From Leucoraja erinacea (lineage: Eukaryota), in NCBI RefSeq assembly GCF_028641065.1, contig NC_073401.1, forward strand, positions 31,248,001 through 31,312,000: 64,000 bases of DNA. The letters are read 5' to 3'. How positions within the stretch are numbered: the first letter of the stretch is position 1; each line of letters opens with the position of its first letter. The notes beneath the pieces are model-generated. The model searched no databases. It had not been told where the DNA came from and saw nothing but the letters and a program-made list of their open reading frames with translations. Positions 47,101 to 62,100 of the stretch are shown here, one piece after another. The position numbers were made by a program, and so were the translations under genes.

Positions 47101-50100
47101 TCAAGAATCATTCTTTTTTGTCACTGGAGATAAACCTTCTTTCACATGCGTTTTAAGCAACCCAATTCACGACTTGAAGATCAACCAGGAAGCAAATAGC
47201 AATAAATCTGATTTTGAAATTAAAACTGTGACAGAAAGTCGTCTTGGTGAGCAGAACACCAGTGGGTATGTACCAAATTGTTGCAAAAATGCAAACGCTA
47301 ATATTGGTAAAGTTCAAGATTCATGTAAAATGTATGTACTCTGCAGTAAGGTGTAATCTTTAGAAAACAATGTGTCAAATTGGGGAATGAGTATTGAATA
47401 TTTTTGTGTTCATATAAATTGGATAGATTAGTTTTATTAATTGTAGTTTTGCAGCGTTGTGCTTTTGGAATGTGGAATATATCTTTCTTTGTTAAGCCTT
47501 TGAGAAGATGGTTCTACTTCCTGCTAGTAAAACACAAAGGCTTATAGAATGTAGCTTTTGTGAAGTGTCTGCTATGATGTGATTCAAACATAGAATACAG
47601 GGATCACGAGTTGATTGTTGGTTGTTCAAATATCAAGTAATTGCTATCAGTCAGAATCAGAATCTGATTTTCCCGTAGCCGGCATTCGGACCCTCCGCGT
47701 TGAGGCGTTCAGCTCCAGCATCGGGGGGGGGGGGGGGGGGGGGGGTGTCAGCTACTCCGCGCCGGACAATCGAACCTCGCGTTGGGGCTGGATAAACCTT
47801 CTACGGTGTTGGAGCTCCCAACTCGGCCTCTCCCGAGACTGCGAGCTCTTGATGGTAAGTCCGTAGACCGCGGTGGGAGCGATCCCAGGCAAGGAATCCG
47901 AAGGGTCTGTTTCCACACTGTATCACTCTGTGACTCCAATGACGAGGAATATTGACATTCAAGTAAAAAGCAGCACGTGTCGGGAATAGGCAGCTGGAAT
48001 TAAATGATGTAAGAGCACACTTAAGGAAATCAGGAGAAAAAAGGGGACGTGAGGTATTCTTGCGTTAGCAACTGCAAAGAGTTTCATTTTGGTAATGTAA
48101 ACTAGGGCAGGACATACAGTAGTAAGGCTCACTAGCCACAAATTCTCCTATTCTCTGTTTCCACATGTAATTGCAGGGCAGAATCCAATTTACCAGCTTT
48201 CCCATAGTATGGCTGTTTGGGTTACAGAAATTCGGCCTTATAGAATTTTCAAATCAGGAGAAGAAAAAGACTAACATTTAGGATGCGGAATAAAATTAGT
48301 TTTCTCAGACTTTATTGCAGGGGGAGGAGTGTGGGAGGAGTAAATAAGACAACATAAATGTATTTTCAAATCGTATGTCTTGATGCACACACAGGTGACG
48401 TGGCTTTGCATTACAGAACATTGTGATGCGGCCCATGTACTTGGAACACGAGCACTCTGTCACGCAGGAGGTTGCCTGTATTGTGCGGTGGGAACATCCA
48501 CCCAGGGTTACGAGGGCCATAAAGTGGCTTGATGCAGTGTCTGTGACCGCATTGAATTTGGTTTCTTCTTTTTTTTAAGTTTGACATCTTGGGCACAAAA
48601 GGTTAAAGAGAAAAAATGTAAATCAAAATGTGGAGCGGGAACAACATCAGAGATGGTACAGCCACACGGAGCTGGGCTGCCTCAGGAGACTGAAACGGCG
48701 CCAGATGTAAGCGTTCTGAACAGTTAAAGTATTTATTTAAAGTTTTCTCCAGGGATTCATAAAATCTACTATTGTTATTAATTATTTATATATTGAAAGA
48801 GACCGCTTTTAATATGCCTTTGTAATTTCATGCTGTTTTAATATTTGGCAGCTTCCAACTGACAATCACAATAAACATCACCCTGGTTAAGAAGTCTTAT
48901 CTTTTTCATTGACTTTTTCTGCTTCAAACATGAGCTGATAAATCTAGACTTACCAATGCCGAAACAGAAAACCCAGAAATTAATTACATTTTAGGCGTTT
49001 GCACTAGGTAAATATCCTGCCTTTATAAAGAGCCTTAAAATGAGCTTTTACAAACATAGCTTGCAAAAATGTACCCCTCTGTATTGAAGACTTTCTGAAA
49101 TTACTGTTTATTGACGGGACCTGGAATAAACATCATTTTATGGCAAGTTGACACAGAGAGTCCATCCGCCAAAGTTACTCCTCTGTAGTATTCAAGTTTA
49201 CCAGCTCGTTTTGTTCCGGCGTCAATAAATCGTCAGCTTCAGGTAGACGCGAAACTGAGAGGCTTGTGTTTAACATCTCATCTCCATTAATGATTGCCTC
49301 CTTATCAAAAGCAGTGAGTTTGTTTCTTTAAAATCACCTTTTTGCTAAATGCTTTCTTAATTGTGCAGATTATATAGTTTAATTTAAAACTTGCTTACTT
49401 GACATGCTTAAGAAGGAACTGCAGATGCTGGAAAATTGAAGGTAGACAAAAATGCTGGAGAAACTCAGCGGGTGAGGCAGCATCCATGGAGTGAAGGAAA
49501 TAGGCGACGTTTCGGGTCGTGACCCTTCTTCAGTTTATCTGACGTTAACATCATCAAAGACTGATTGTAGTAGTCCATGAATATTTAGAAACTTTAACAT
49601 GATTTTGTGAATGTTTTATTCAACATAGCTTTACAATCTTATTTTTCTCCAATTTTCAGGTTCATATGACCACTGCAGATTCTTCTCCCAATTGCTCCTT
49701 CTACCTCAGCAGACCTTCAAGCAGTCCAAATTCATTGGTATCCAGTGTTTCAGGTAGATGAGCTGCTTTGATTATTTGGGTTTGTAACTTGGTTAATTTT
49801 GTATAAGAGTGTATGTACCTTTCTACATTGAATTCCAGTGAATCATATAGAGATTTTTGTAGTATTTTTATATGCAGCTGGATGATTGGGGACAAAAACA
49901 GGCCCTTCGGTCCAACTTGCCCCAACCAGCCAACATGTCCCAGCTACGCTAGTACCACCTGCCCACGTTTGGTCCATATCACTCCAAACCTGTCTAACCA
50001 TATAATACCATATTACAATTACAGCACGGAAACAGGCCATCTCGACCCTTCTAGTCCGTGCCGAACACGTATTCTCCCCTAGTCCCATATACCTGCGCTC

Positions 50101-53100
50101 AGACCATAACCCTCCATTCCTTTCCCGTCCATATAACTATCCAATTTATTTTTAAATGATAAAAACGAACCTGCCTCCACCACCTTCTCTGGAAGCTCAT
50201 TCCACACAGCCACCACTCTCTGAGTAAAGAAGTTCCCCCTCATGTTACCCCTAAACTTCTGTCCCTTAATTCTCATCATGTCCCCTTGTTTGAATCTTCC
50301 CTTCTCTCAGTGGTAAAAGCTTATCCACGTCAACTCTGTCTATCCCTCTCATCATTTTAAAGACCTCTATCAAGTCCCCCCTTAACCTTCTGCGCTCCAA
50401 AGAATAAAACCCTAACTTGTTCAACCTTTCTCTGTAACTTAGTTGCTGAAACCCAGGCAACATTCTAGTAAATCTAAAGACTAAAGTATTTCTCTGAGGA
50501 ATAATTGGGTGTCATAGCATGAACTTTGTTCCAGTTTTCTGACTGCTTAAAATACTTGGTGAGGTACCTGACTGCTGTTTCAATTTCAGACGTTTTTAGA
50601 ACTACGACACTGGTATAATCTTGGGTTTTATTAATTATTATTATCAATGCGTGAGAGTTGGCAGCCCTGGGATTAAAAGATGATTAAATTGCAATATATA
50701 ACATTGTGATGGAGTAGGTGCAGTGATATTTACATCAGTGGGATAGTCTCAGTAGTTACATGATTGGGGGTGGGGTAGTCTGTAGAAAGGTGCATGTGTG
50801 CTTTGTGTAGTGGATGGTGAATCTCTGGAATTCTCTACTCCATTAGGGTATTTAAAGAAGGAGGTTTCAAGGTCAGCTTATTGTCACATGTACCAATTAA
50901 GGTACAGTGAAATTTGAGTTACCATAAGGCCATACAAAGTGAAAAGCAACAAGTCACACATACACATAGAAGTTCACATAAACATCCATCACAGAGGATT
51001 CCACATTCCTCACTGTGATGGAAGGCAATAAAGTTCAATCTACTTCCTCTTGTTCTCCCACGGTCGGGGCAGTCAAACCATCTGCAGTCGGGGCGATCAA
51101 AGCCCTCGCAGCTGACGGTCGAAGCCCCCGTCGGGGTCATCGAGACTCCCGCGTCGGGGCGGTTGAAACTCTCTCCGCAACATAGAGTTTCCGGGTTGGC
51201 CTCTTCTTACCAGAGACCTCGAGCTTCACAATGTTGAAGTCCACAGGCCCCGTGGTTGGAACTTCGATCCCGGCAAAGGGATCGGAAGCTCCATGATATT
51301 AAAGTGCCGCAGACTCCTGCGGTCTCCAGGAGAGGCCGCCAACTCCACGATGTTAGGCCGCAGTGTGGACAGAGATACGATACAGGAAAAAATATCGCAT
51401 CTCCGTCGAGGTAAGAGATTGAAAAAAGTTTCCCCCCCCAACTCCATCCCCACCTCCCACATAAAACAAACCAAGGAACACTAAAACATAGTTTTAACAT
51501 ACTAAAAATAACAAAAAGAAGAAAGGACAGACAGACTGTTGGCGAGGCAGCCTCTGCAGGTGGTGGGAAGCTGGCACTGGGTGCTGATGTTGGTTCACTT
51601 ATTCTGGTGAATGGGTTGTGGAATGAGCCAACAGAGATTGAGTAGCTTGCTCTTGTCATGTGGATTACCCTACTCCACAGTGTCAGCATCACTGATCCTT
51701 CAGCTCCAGGAGATGGGGAAAGACTAGCTGCACCTCTTTGATCTCAAAATAAAGGAATCTATGTAATTTCACAATTAGTTTTCCCATATCAAGATTGTGA
51801 GATTAGTTTTGTAGGAATTTAATGCATAAATGTTTGTTGGCTGAATTCTACTTTAACTTTAGGGCTATCTTATTGGCAAATGGATGAGCGAGAACTCTAC
51901 CACTCTTTACCGAAGAACAAGGAGACGGATCTTTCTGATGGATTCTCTCCCTCCAAAACCGACAAAACACTGCACGTATGTAGGAAATGCTTCACCAAGC
52001 AGCCAGCCTACTTTCACTGATATCACTGAGGAAATCTGTGTACGCCTGAAAACTGTTAATTTTCACAAAGAAGCTGTTTTATTTCCAGCTGTTTCTCAAA
52101 TATCCTGAATTCTTGAATGAATTCAAATGATGCCTTGAGGCGTAATTTTGTCATTTTTCTTTTATAATTTAAGAATCTAAAACATTTCTTCCAAGCTTTA
52201 ATTTGTCCCTTCCTCTTGGACATAAAACTATGAATTTACTACAATGCACGTGAAGTGGGAAAACAGAGGGACACCGAGGAAACAAGGAACAGCAGATGCT
52301 GGTTTATAGAAAAAGAAGGGCCTCGTCTGCAGTTATGTCAATGGGGAAACAGCAGTGGGGATGAGCATGGTTAACCAACTGTAGCATTGAAACAAGTTTT
52401 ATTCAACCTCGATTCTTCGGCCAACATGATGTTGTCTTGTGTGACAGCATGTAATTATTTAAGTATTTATACAACCCTGCTGGCTGCATTTAACATCAGA
52501 TGTAGCTTTTCAAACTTTTGCATTAGATTTGTTTTTTATTTTAAATTGCAGGAATTTAACCAGAAAAATAACAAGCCTATCATCATACCTGATAGACATA
52601 TATAAAACTGAGAGGTGGAGATAGTATAGACAGCCAAAACCTTTTTCCCAGCATAGAAATATCAAACACTAGAGGGCATAGCTTTAAGATGAGAGGAGCA
52701 GTTTAAAGGAGATTAGCTGGGCAAGCTTTCTTTATAGAGAGGGCGGTGGGTGCCCGGAACGCCCTGCCAGGGGTAGTGGTGGAGGCAAATGCATGTGGCA
52801 TTTAAGAGACTTTTGGATAGGCGCATGGATGTGGAGCGATATGGATTATGTATAGGCATCTAAGAATTGGTCTTAGCATCATGTTTAGCACACACATTGT
52901 GGGCCAAAGGGCCTGGGCCAGTTGCTGTTCTATGTTCTACTGCAAATTACTCCAGGGTCAGTTTCACAATGGTTGTAAGGTCTGCCGACTAATTTCATAC
53001 TGGCATTGTTTTGGGAATTTGGTATTCAATATTTGAAAAGATAGATATTTAAATTAGTGCATTGGTGCCCTGTGTGTTTTGATTTGCACCAAAGCAGTTT

Positions 53101-56100
53101 TATACAGAGCACCATTTAAAACAAGTATAGTTTAGAGATACAGCATGGAAACAGGCCTTTGTGGCTCACCGAGTCCACACCAACCAACAATCCCCACACA
53201 TTAGCACAAGCCAACACACACTCGGGAGAACATGGATAGGTGATGTTTCACAGAGTGCTGGAGTAATTCAGCGGGTCAGGCAGCATCTGTGGCGAACATG
53301 GATAGGTGATGTTTTCGGTTGGGACTTCTTCAGACTGAATAATAACTATAACATTGTCTAACAATAGATTAGATTTTTATCTTACAACATTATTGTATTA
53401 ACCAGGATGGTCTTGATTGGCTGAATATGATTCCATAATGCAATTAATACAAACTGGTTTTCTTCATTTGGGCAAATTAGACTTTCTTCATGCCTGTAGG
53501 TTTCAGAATAGTTGAGAGAGAGCTCCAACTCCCAAGAGAATCAGGCATTTTATTTTCACACTTGATGAGCAGCCAGCTCCAGCCATCTCTGTGGCTGCAT
53601 GGCTCTTGAATGCTCTGCAATACCAACCTCAGTTGCACCATTGCAACCTGCAGCGGCAGATTTAGGTGGAACATTTGTTGTTAGACTATTTTCCATCTTT
53701 ATCTTCTGCAGACTTTGTGTATAAGCACCTGTAATGTGTTGGCCACATCTTCTGTCATTGAACCATGTGATGAGTTGGCAACTACTTCCATTTCCTCTTA
53801 TAAACTTGTGTTCACCACTTTCTGCTGTGTGGTCCCAAGTTTCATTCATACTTGCTGGTAAGATTAAGATATTCCCTTATTTCACCAATTATTAGAACAA
53901 AAAATCTAAGGGATTGGGTTGCTTTTTAAATGACCTTAAAATATTTACCAGACTTGCATTAAGCTGGATCATATCACTAAAGTGAGAAAAACAAAAGTAT
54001 TTATTTTTAGTTTCCAGCAGACTCTCAGTGTGAGATCCCATCGCTGAAGGAGATCTATTGTATGAGGCAGAAAGACAAAGCGAGTCCGTCTGCCTGGGAT
54101 TCTTGCTCACCTCCACGCCTTCAGTCACCTCCACAGGTAAGACGATTTTGTTCAATGCAACCACATTTTGGAAACACGAGAGACTGCAGATGCTGGAATC
54201 TCAAGCAAAACCCAAAGTGCTGGCAGCATCTGTGGAAGGAAATGGGCGGGCAACGGGTCTGCAAGGGGCCCTTCTTCACACTGATGGATTCAGGGGGAGA
54301 AAGCTGGAAATAAGTGGAGGTGGCAGCTGGGCAACAGCTTTTCACATGTTTTAGCAACAGATCTCACGTTTTTTATGAATAGTTTTGGGAATTAGAAGAA
54401 CGTGGCGTACTGAAACCTTTGTAAGTTTGAATAGCGGAAGCTGAGGCAGAGTTCAAGAACAAGTATTTGTACCTTTGAAAGTTTTAGTGTTGCAAGGTCA
54501 GAACGTTTAGCAATAGGATTTCTGAAGGCAATTACTGAACGTGCTGGAGCAGAGGAGATACAATGTACAGTGGTTCAGAAGCAAAATAACTCACTCGGAG
54601 ATTGATCTGAGTTAAATTGGGATGAGTGAAAACCCTCATGATGGGGAATGTGTGTGTTTTGGTGGTTCATTAATCACCACAGGGCTTTCGAAAGGTTGTG
54701 GAAAACCATTGGTGCTTGTCATGGGAAAGGTAGGGAATACTTAATACAGGAGGAGGTTTAACTTTGGACCAGTGGGCTGGGCTGGGCCTGTTGGTGAGAA
54801 GGCGCCCGCATAGCGGTGGCAAAAACAGACTGGACAAGCTGATCAGGAAGGCCGGCTCAGTGGTTGGGGCTGAGCAGGTGGTTGGGTTTCTTCAGGTGGG
54901 GTGAAAACGTTGGACTGATATGCAGACAGTGAGAGGTTGTGGTTTTGGCACCACTATCCTGTGTATGTTGACCCATCCCCATCTGTAATTCAGCCAACCA
55001 ACGTGATGTCATTGGCGAATTAATAGGTAGCCACACAGTCAGCTACCCAGGGCAGAGTTTAGCAATAGTTTCTGCATCTAGGGAAAATGATGTTTGTGGG
55101 GGTTGTGTTGTTGCATTCAATCCGGAGATTGATGGAGAATGTCAGAGGCACTCAGCAGGTCAGGCAGCATCTGTGGAAGGAGAGACACGAGTTAATGTTG
55201 CAGGTCAAAGCCCCTTCTTTGGACCGGAAATGTTAACTTCCTCAGGGTGATGTTTCCAGCATTCTATATTTTTAGTTTAGATTTCCAGCAATCTACAGAT
55301 GATTTATATTTTCACAGACATGATTGGATTTTAAGGGACTTGGAGGTTGTTGGACAAGTGTGGGTTGAAGCGGTACTGAGGTGGAAGTTCAGCTGTCATC
55401 TTATTCAATGGCTGAGCAGGCATAAGGGACTGCATGGCTTCTCATATTGTGTATGTTCGTATTTGAAAGATCAGTTGATATTTGTTTATGTGTAATTCAT
55501 CTTCATATTTGAATGAAGATTTACATTAAAAGTTGATCAATTATCTTTTCTTGTCCTCCTAAGGTTTTAACACTTGATCCAAAGCTTCACATGAAGCCAA
55601 CTGAAGCATTTTCCCCACATGATCGTTGTAGTACCCCGCTGGTGGTTTCTGAATGTGAGACACTGTCTTCAGTTGGCCCAGACTCTCTCATCAGTGTAAC
55701 CGCACAAAGCTATTGCCATCCCCAATCAAATTTGTATGTATGTAGTAGTCCAGAATCAGAATTGATCGATACTTCCAAATGTACTGTACAGAAAAGCTCA
55801 GCACTTTCTCAAAGCTGGAATTGCCATTTGGCTTCTCCATCTTCCACTGTTGTCCAAGGTCCAATGTACAATGGCCAACATTGTACAAGCTTGAAACAAA
55901 CTCGGCATGCAAGCACCTTGCAAGGGCAAGGCGACAACAGCAGTTCCACGTTGACTCCATCATCTGTGCCTTGCATTGAGTTGAGGAGTGAAAAGAATAT
56001 AAATGGATTATTGGACTATGATGTTTCTGCTTCATCTCTTGAGGATCCCATCACATTATCAACGTAAGTGAACACTTTGTGAAAATACCTCATTGTTTAA

Positions 56101-59100
56101 GAAACCTCTTAGGTTTACATTGGTTGGAATCTATCAATAGTCCCAATTGTTTTAGTTACCTTATTTATGTAAGAAAGCAAGGTTATCATATGTTTCCAGT
56201 CAGCATTGAAGGCAGACTTGAGCATGGTAGTGCAGAGGTCAGTTGGGGAACTGCAAATTTGCCTTCACAGATTTCAGGGACTTAATGTGACTAAACTGTA
56301 TGCTTATGCAATTTATTTTTTGCATCATAAACTTAAATCCATGTTATTTATTTTATTTTATTTTAAAACTTGTTTCTAGTGCTCGCCTAAACTTGCGTGA
56401 GAAGCATGCACGTCATGTGGCCGACATCAGAGCGTACTACGAGGCAGAAATCGACAGCCTTAAGAAGAAACTGGACACTTTAAGTTCACCTTCAGCAATA
56501 TTTGAAGCAGAGAAACATAACCAGAATCTTTCCAAAAGGTTTTTTTTTGTTCCAAATAATAACAACATTTAAATATATATATTTTTTAACATCACCTACT
56601 GTTCTTGCATGTCGTTTTTTGAAATGTAACCAAAATATATGTGCTCTAGTGTAGTTCTATTATATATTTTTAAAAATCAATTTGCTTAAAATAATCAAAA
56701 TGTAATTAGAAACGTAACATACACAGGAGTAGAAATGTATTTTGATCTGTTCGATAGCATGATAGTCCAGATGCATCAGAACAGTGTGTCATTAGCCACT
56801 GGAAGCAATAAATGTTAATTAACTAAAGCTAAACTTGGAGAGGAAAAATACTGACAACTCGTGCTGGGAGATGGTGGGAAACTCTTATAAATTTGAAATG
56901 ATCACGTTGTACAGTTCTTGTCTCCTGAAATGTCTTGGGCATCGAATGTCTTTTCATTGAAGTGGCCATTTTACATACTGTGTGATAATGGATAATTCCA
57001 CTGAGAAGTTATTGCAAATCATTATTTTCAGATATCTGCATGTGTAAGTTTAAAATTGTCACTGGAGGCTGATCAGGAATCAGATTTATTTACTCTCTAC
57101 ATCGCCAGGTTAAGAATATTGGCAGAATTAATTCCCCATTACCTACAGGTATTATTGACTGAGCATTGACAATAACTTTGAAACTGTTGCAAGACTTTCA
57201 CGGCTACTTTGGATGTTTCAGATGTGAACAACTAGAAAGAACATTAACTGAGGCTGCCACAGTAATTCAGGATCTTGAGAACAAGAACTCCTTAATGGAA
57301 ATGCAATTGGTGAGTAAAAGTTCTTTTAGTAAGAGAATAGAATTTGTTATCCTTTGGAACAAATACTACAATTCATTCTTGATAAAACTGCTGCTTTAGT
57401 CCTAAGTGGAGTACCATAGGTTAGAAGATTTTTGAGGAAAATAAGTGCCAACCCCAGTAATGTCAGTTGTTTCTTTATTTACCATATAACCATAAAACAA
57501 TTACAGCACGGAAACAGGCCATCTCGGCCCTTTTAGTCCGTGCAGAACACTTACTCTCACCTAGTCACATCTACCTGCACTCAGACCATAACCCTCCATT
57601 CCTTTCCCGTCCATATAACTATTCAATTTATTTTTAAATGATAAAAACGAACCTGCCTTCACCACTTCCACTGGAAGCTCATTCCACACAGCTACCATTC
57701 TGAGTAAAGAAGTTCCCCCTCATGTTGCCCCTAAACATTTGTCCCTTAATTCTCAAGTCATGTCCTCTTGTTTGAATCTTCCCTACTCTCAATGGAAAAA
57801 GCTTATCCACGTCAACTCTGCCTATCCCTCTCATCATTTTAAAGACCTCTATTAAGTCCCCCCCCTTAACCTTTTGCGCTCCAAAGAATAAAGACCTATC
57901 TTGTTCAACCTTTCTCTGTAACTTAGGTGCTGAAACACAGGCAACATTCTAGTAAATCTCCTCTGTACTCTCTGTCTTTTGTTGACATCTTTCCTACAAT
58001 TTTGCGACCAGAATTGTACACCATATTCCAGAATTGGCCTCACCAATGCCTTGTACAATTTTAACATTACATCCCAACTTCTATACTCAATGCTCTGACT
58101 TATAAAGGCCAGCACACCAAAAGCTTTCTTTACCACCCTATCTACATGAGATTCCACCTTCAGGGAACTATGCAGTTATTCCTAGATCCCTCTGTTCAAC
58201 TGCATTCCTCAATTCGCTACCATTTACTATGTACGTCCTAATTTGATTTGTCCTGCCAAGATGTAGCACCTCACACTTATCAGGATTAAACTCCATCTGC
58301 CATCTTTCAGCCCACTCTTCCAAATGGCCTAAATCTCTCTGTAGAATTTGAAAACAAGTTCTACACTAACTTCCCTCAATGTCCTAGGGAATATCCTGTC
58401 AGGACCTGGAGATTTATCCACTTTTATATTTTTCAAAAGTGTCAGTACTTCCTCTTCTTTGATCCTCATAGTCTCCATAGCTACCCTACTTGTTCCCCTC
58501 ACCTCACATAATTCAATATCCTTCTCCTTGGTGAATACCGAAGAAAAAAAAATTGTTCAATATCTCCCCCATTTCTTTTGGCTCTGCAGATAGCTGTCCA
58601 CTCTGACTCTCTAATGGACCAATTTTATCTCTTGTTATCCTTTTGCTATTAATATAGCTGTAGAATCCCTTTGGATTTACTTTCACCTTACTTGCCAAAG
58701 CAAACTCATATCTTGTTTTAGCTTATCTAATTTCTTTCTTAAGATTCTTTTTACATTCTTTATCCGCTTAGCCGCTCCTGGGCCTCAAATGTAAAAAAAA
58801 CAAACATTTTTTCATGTTATTTACTAACTGTTAGAAATGACACTTGTCCTTTTGATAAGGCTGACTGGCCCGGACGCTATGATGCAGTTAGTACTGCGGC
58901 AAAGGCATTGCAACAGCGCCTCGATGAAATGCGAAAAGACAGCAAGGAGAAAGATAGCATGATCAACAAACTCAACAGCAGGCTGAAGGACCTAGAAGAA
59001 GCTTTTGAAAAAGCTTACAGACATTCTGATAACAAAGATGCCAGAAGAAAACAAGAACACAAAATATTGCAGGATGTGAGTCACAAATTATTTTAATTCA

Positions 59101-62100
59101 TTAATTAAGCTTGTGAGAACAACAGATTCTACTACCTGTATTTATGCGGAACTATTTTTGTGTATAGATTTTTTTTTGGAGAGTACTTTATCTTTAATTT
59201 GTCGAAGAAGAATTTAGTTTGAAGGTTTGAATTTAAGAATGGATGTTTTGCGTTGCAGCTGCTTACAGAATACGAGTCATTGGGGAAAGAGCATGAAAGT
59301 GTCAAGGTAATGTCATACTATCTTTTGCAGTTTGGGTCCGCTATATATGATTATCTAAGAAGGAATTCATTGGTCACATCTGATCCATGCAGCTCAACAC
59401 AAGCAATCCAGTTAGGCCCCCCCCCCCCCGTAGATGCTGCTGCACTCGCTGAGTTTCTCCAGCACTTTTGTCTACCTTCGATTTTCCAACATCTGCAGTT
59501 CCTTCTTAAATGCTTTCTATTTCAGTTACTTATGCGATTCCCTTTTGACCACTATAATCGAACCTGCTTCTGACATCAACCACTTCCCATGTATCTTTAA
59601 ACAAAAAGTCCTCCTGTCAGTTTTGTTTCTTATGCACTCATCTTGATTCTATATCAACTAGTTTTTCTCCCTTCCACCAATCTTGCCATATTGACTCTGG
59701 AAGCCATTCATAATTTAAAAAGTGTAATATTGGGACCATAGAAATGTACAGCATACGAATAGACCCTTGGCCCATCTTCTCCATGTCAATCCTATGTCTA
59801 GCTATTGCTAATATTTGCCAGCATTAGGGGCCTTTCCTATTCAAATACAAGTTATATAATATAACATAAGTTGTTCTTATTTTCTTTCTTGCCCAGGAAA
59901 CTTTACACACTACTGAAGATAAACTATATGATGCAAATTCTCAGATTTCTGAGCTGAAAAGGTTAGATGATGATATTTTGTTTTTATCACACAATGGAAG
60001 CATGGCAAAATCCTACTTTATACGTAATTTTAAAAGTGAGTTTTGATACTTTACAATAATGATGTTTAGACAATGTAATACTTGACTAAGATCAGGATTC
60101 ATTGACACTTCGTATTGCTGTGTTGAGCCAATGTGTTCTTTCTAAATTACAAGTTGCATATATTGTAATGCAGCAAAGGCATGAACATTGCTTTCTGTGC
60201 TGTTATCTGTAACAGTCTAATTAACTGACCATCACCCACATCGGAAAATGCATCGCTGGAGACCATTCTGTCTTTGCCTGCCCTTTATAGCGAAATCCAA
60301 TATCGTTCCTTGCATTTGTATAATTCGAATTTTCAAAAAGGTATCTAATTCCGTTTTGAAATCCACAATTGATTCTGCATACAACCTCCTTTCAGGCTGT
60401 ACATTCCAGATCATAGCCGCCACTCCATAACATATTTTTGTTAAATCTCTTGATATTTCACCATTCAATTTGAATCCTTTAAATCTTTGAATTCTGTGCA
60501 TATGGAACCGGCTTCTCTTGATTTACTTATTTAAATATGATCAGATTTTGAAAACCTCTATCAAATCTATAAAGTTTCCTGTGAAACAATCACAGTTTAA
60601 GACACAGGAGCAGAATTAGACCATTTGACCCATTGAGTTTGCTCCGCCATTCAATCATGGCTGATCTATTTTTCCCACTGATTCTCCTTCTCCCATAACC
60701 TTTGACACCCGTACTAATCAAGATTCTATTATTCCAAATGTGGTGTGCTTTAATTTCAAGACTTCTTATGTTGGAGACAAACACTTTCTGAAAGTCTAAA
60801 TATGTCAAATGGACTGTTCCTTCCTATCTGTTGTACTAGTTACATCCTCAAAAAATAAATCACTGCTGGATATGCTACGATTGCTTTCTCTTTCATCAAC
60901 CAATATAGCTTTGTCCAACCCTGTCAATGCTTTCCAAGTTCTGTAATAACATTTTCTGTAATTCTCTGTTTTGTTCCACCCCTTTAATTGAACAAAGTTT
61001 TAAGGGTAAGTAGAGCTCGCAAATAACCTACATGTAATTAGTCATTGTATTTTAGTCCCAGTTGTATCCATGTGAAGTTACTTCCCAACTTGTTCAAGCC
61101 AAGCAATTGGCCAACCTGAGCTAGCTCTATTTGCTAAACTTCTAATCCATGTAACTGTCTAAATGTATTTTAAACATAATTATACCTACTTTTATCACTT
61201 TCTCTGGCAGTTTGTTCTATGTTGCCCCTTGATCTACGTTAAACTATTCCCTCTCGCCTTGAATCATGCTCTCTAGTTTTGGACTCTCTACCCTGGGTGG
61301 GCCCTCGTGATTTCACCTATTATTTGTAAGGTCTCCCTCAACCACCTGCACTTCAGTAATAAAATTGGTTGTTCACTTTTCAGAGTTGTTTCAAAGCTCG
61401 AGGCTCAGATTAGACAAGTAGACCATGAGAAAAACTACATGAAGGTTCGGACTGGTGCAGATAGTTGTTTACATACATCGAACAGCAGGTAAAGAGCTAC
61501 GCAAGTCAAAGCTTATGTTTTCAAAAACATATTTACATAACATTTTGTACGTAAAATTCCCTTTCATGGCTTTTTCCCCATATCTGTGATTTTCCCAGAT
61601 CTTAATCTATCAATAGCAAACTTGAATATACTCATTGAAGCATCCTCATCTTTCATGGGTAGGGAATTGTAAAGCTTCACGATCCTCTACGTTACACTCC
61701 TTCACTCCCTTACAGGTCTGGTCCTTATTCTGAAACTGTGTGGCTCCCGGCTCCAGAATGTCCAGCTAGTTGAAAGAGTCTTACACCATTTACTCTGTTG
61801 AGGATATCTAAGATTGCCTTTTGTTTTACTAAACATAAGAGAATATAGGCTCGCTAGACAATTATTCTTCATCTTCATAAGACAGCCAACTCCGGAATTA
61901 ACAAAGGTGACTTTTAATTTATGCCCTCATTGGAGAAGTTTAAAGGCAAATCTTAATGGAGTTTGTGGATAAAACATTGAATTAAATAATCATGGGCTAA
62001 TCAATATTTTGCCTTTCATGATGTTTCTGAATTGTTTCATTGTTCTCTTGTTTACAAACAGATTTGTCCACCATGATGCATATCCTCCTGTAAAATCCCC

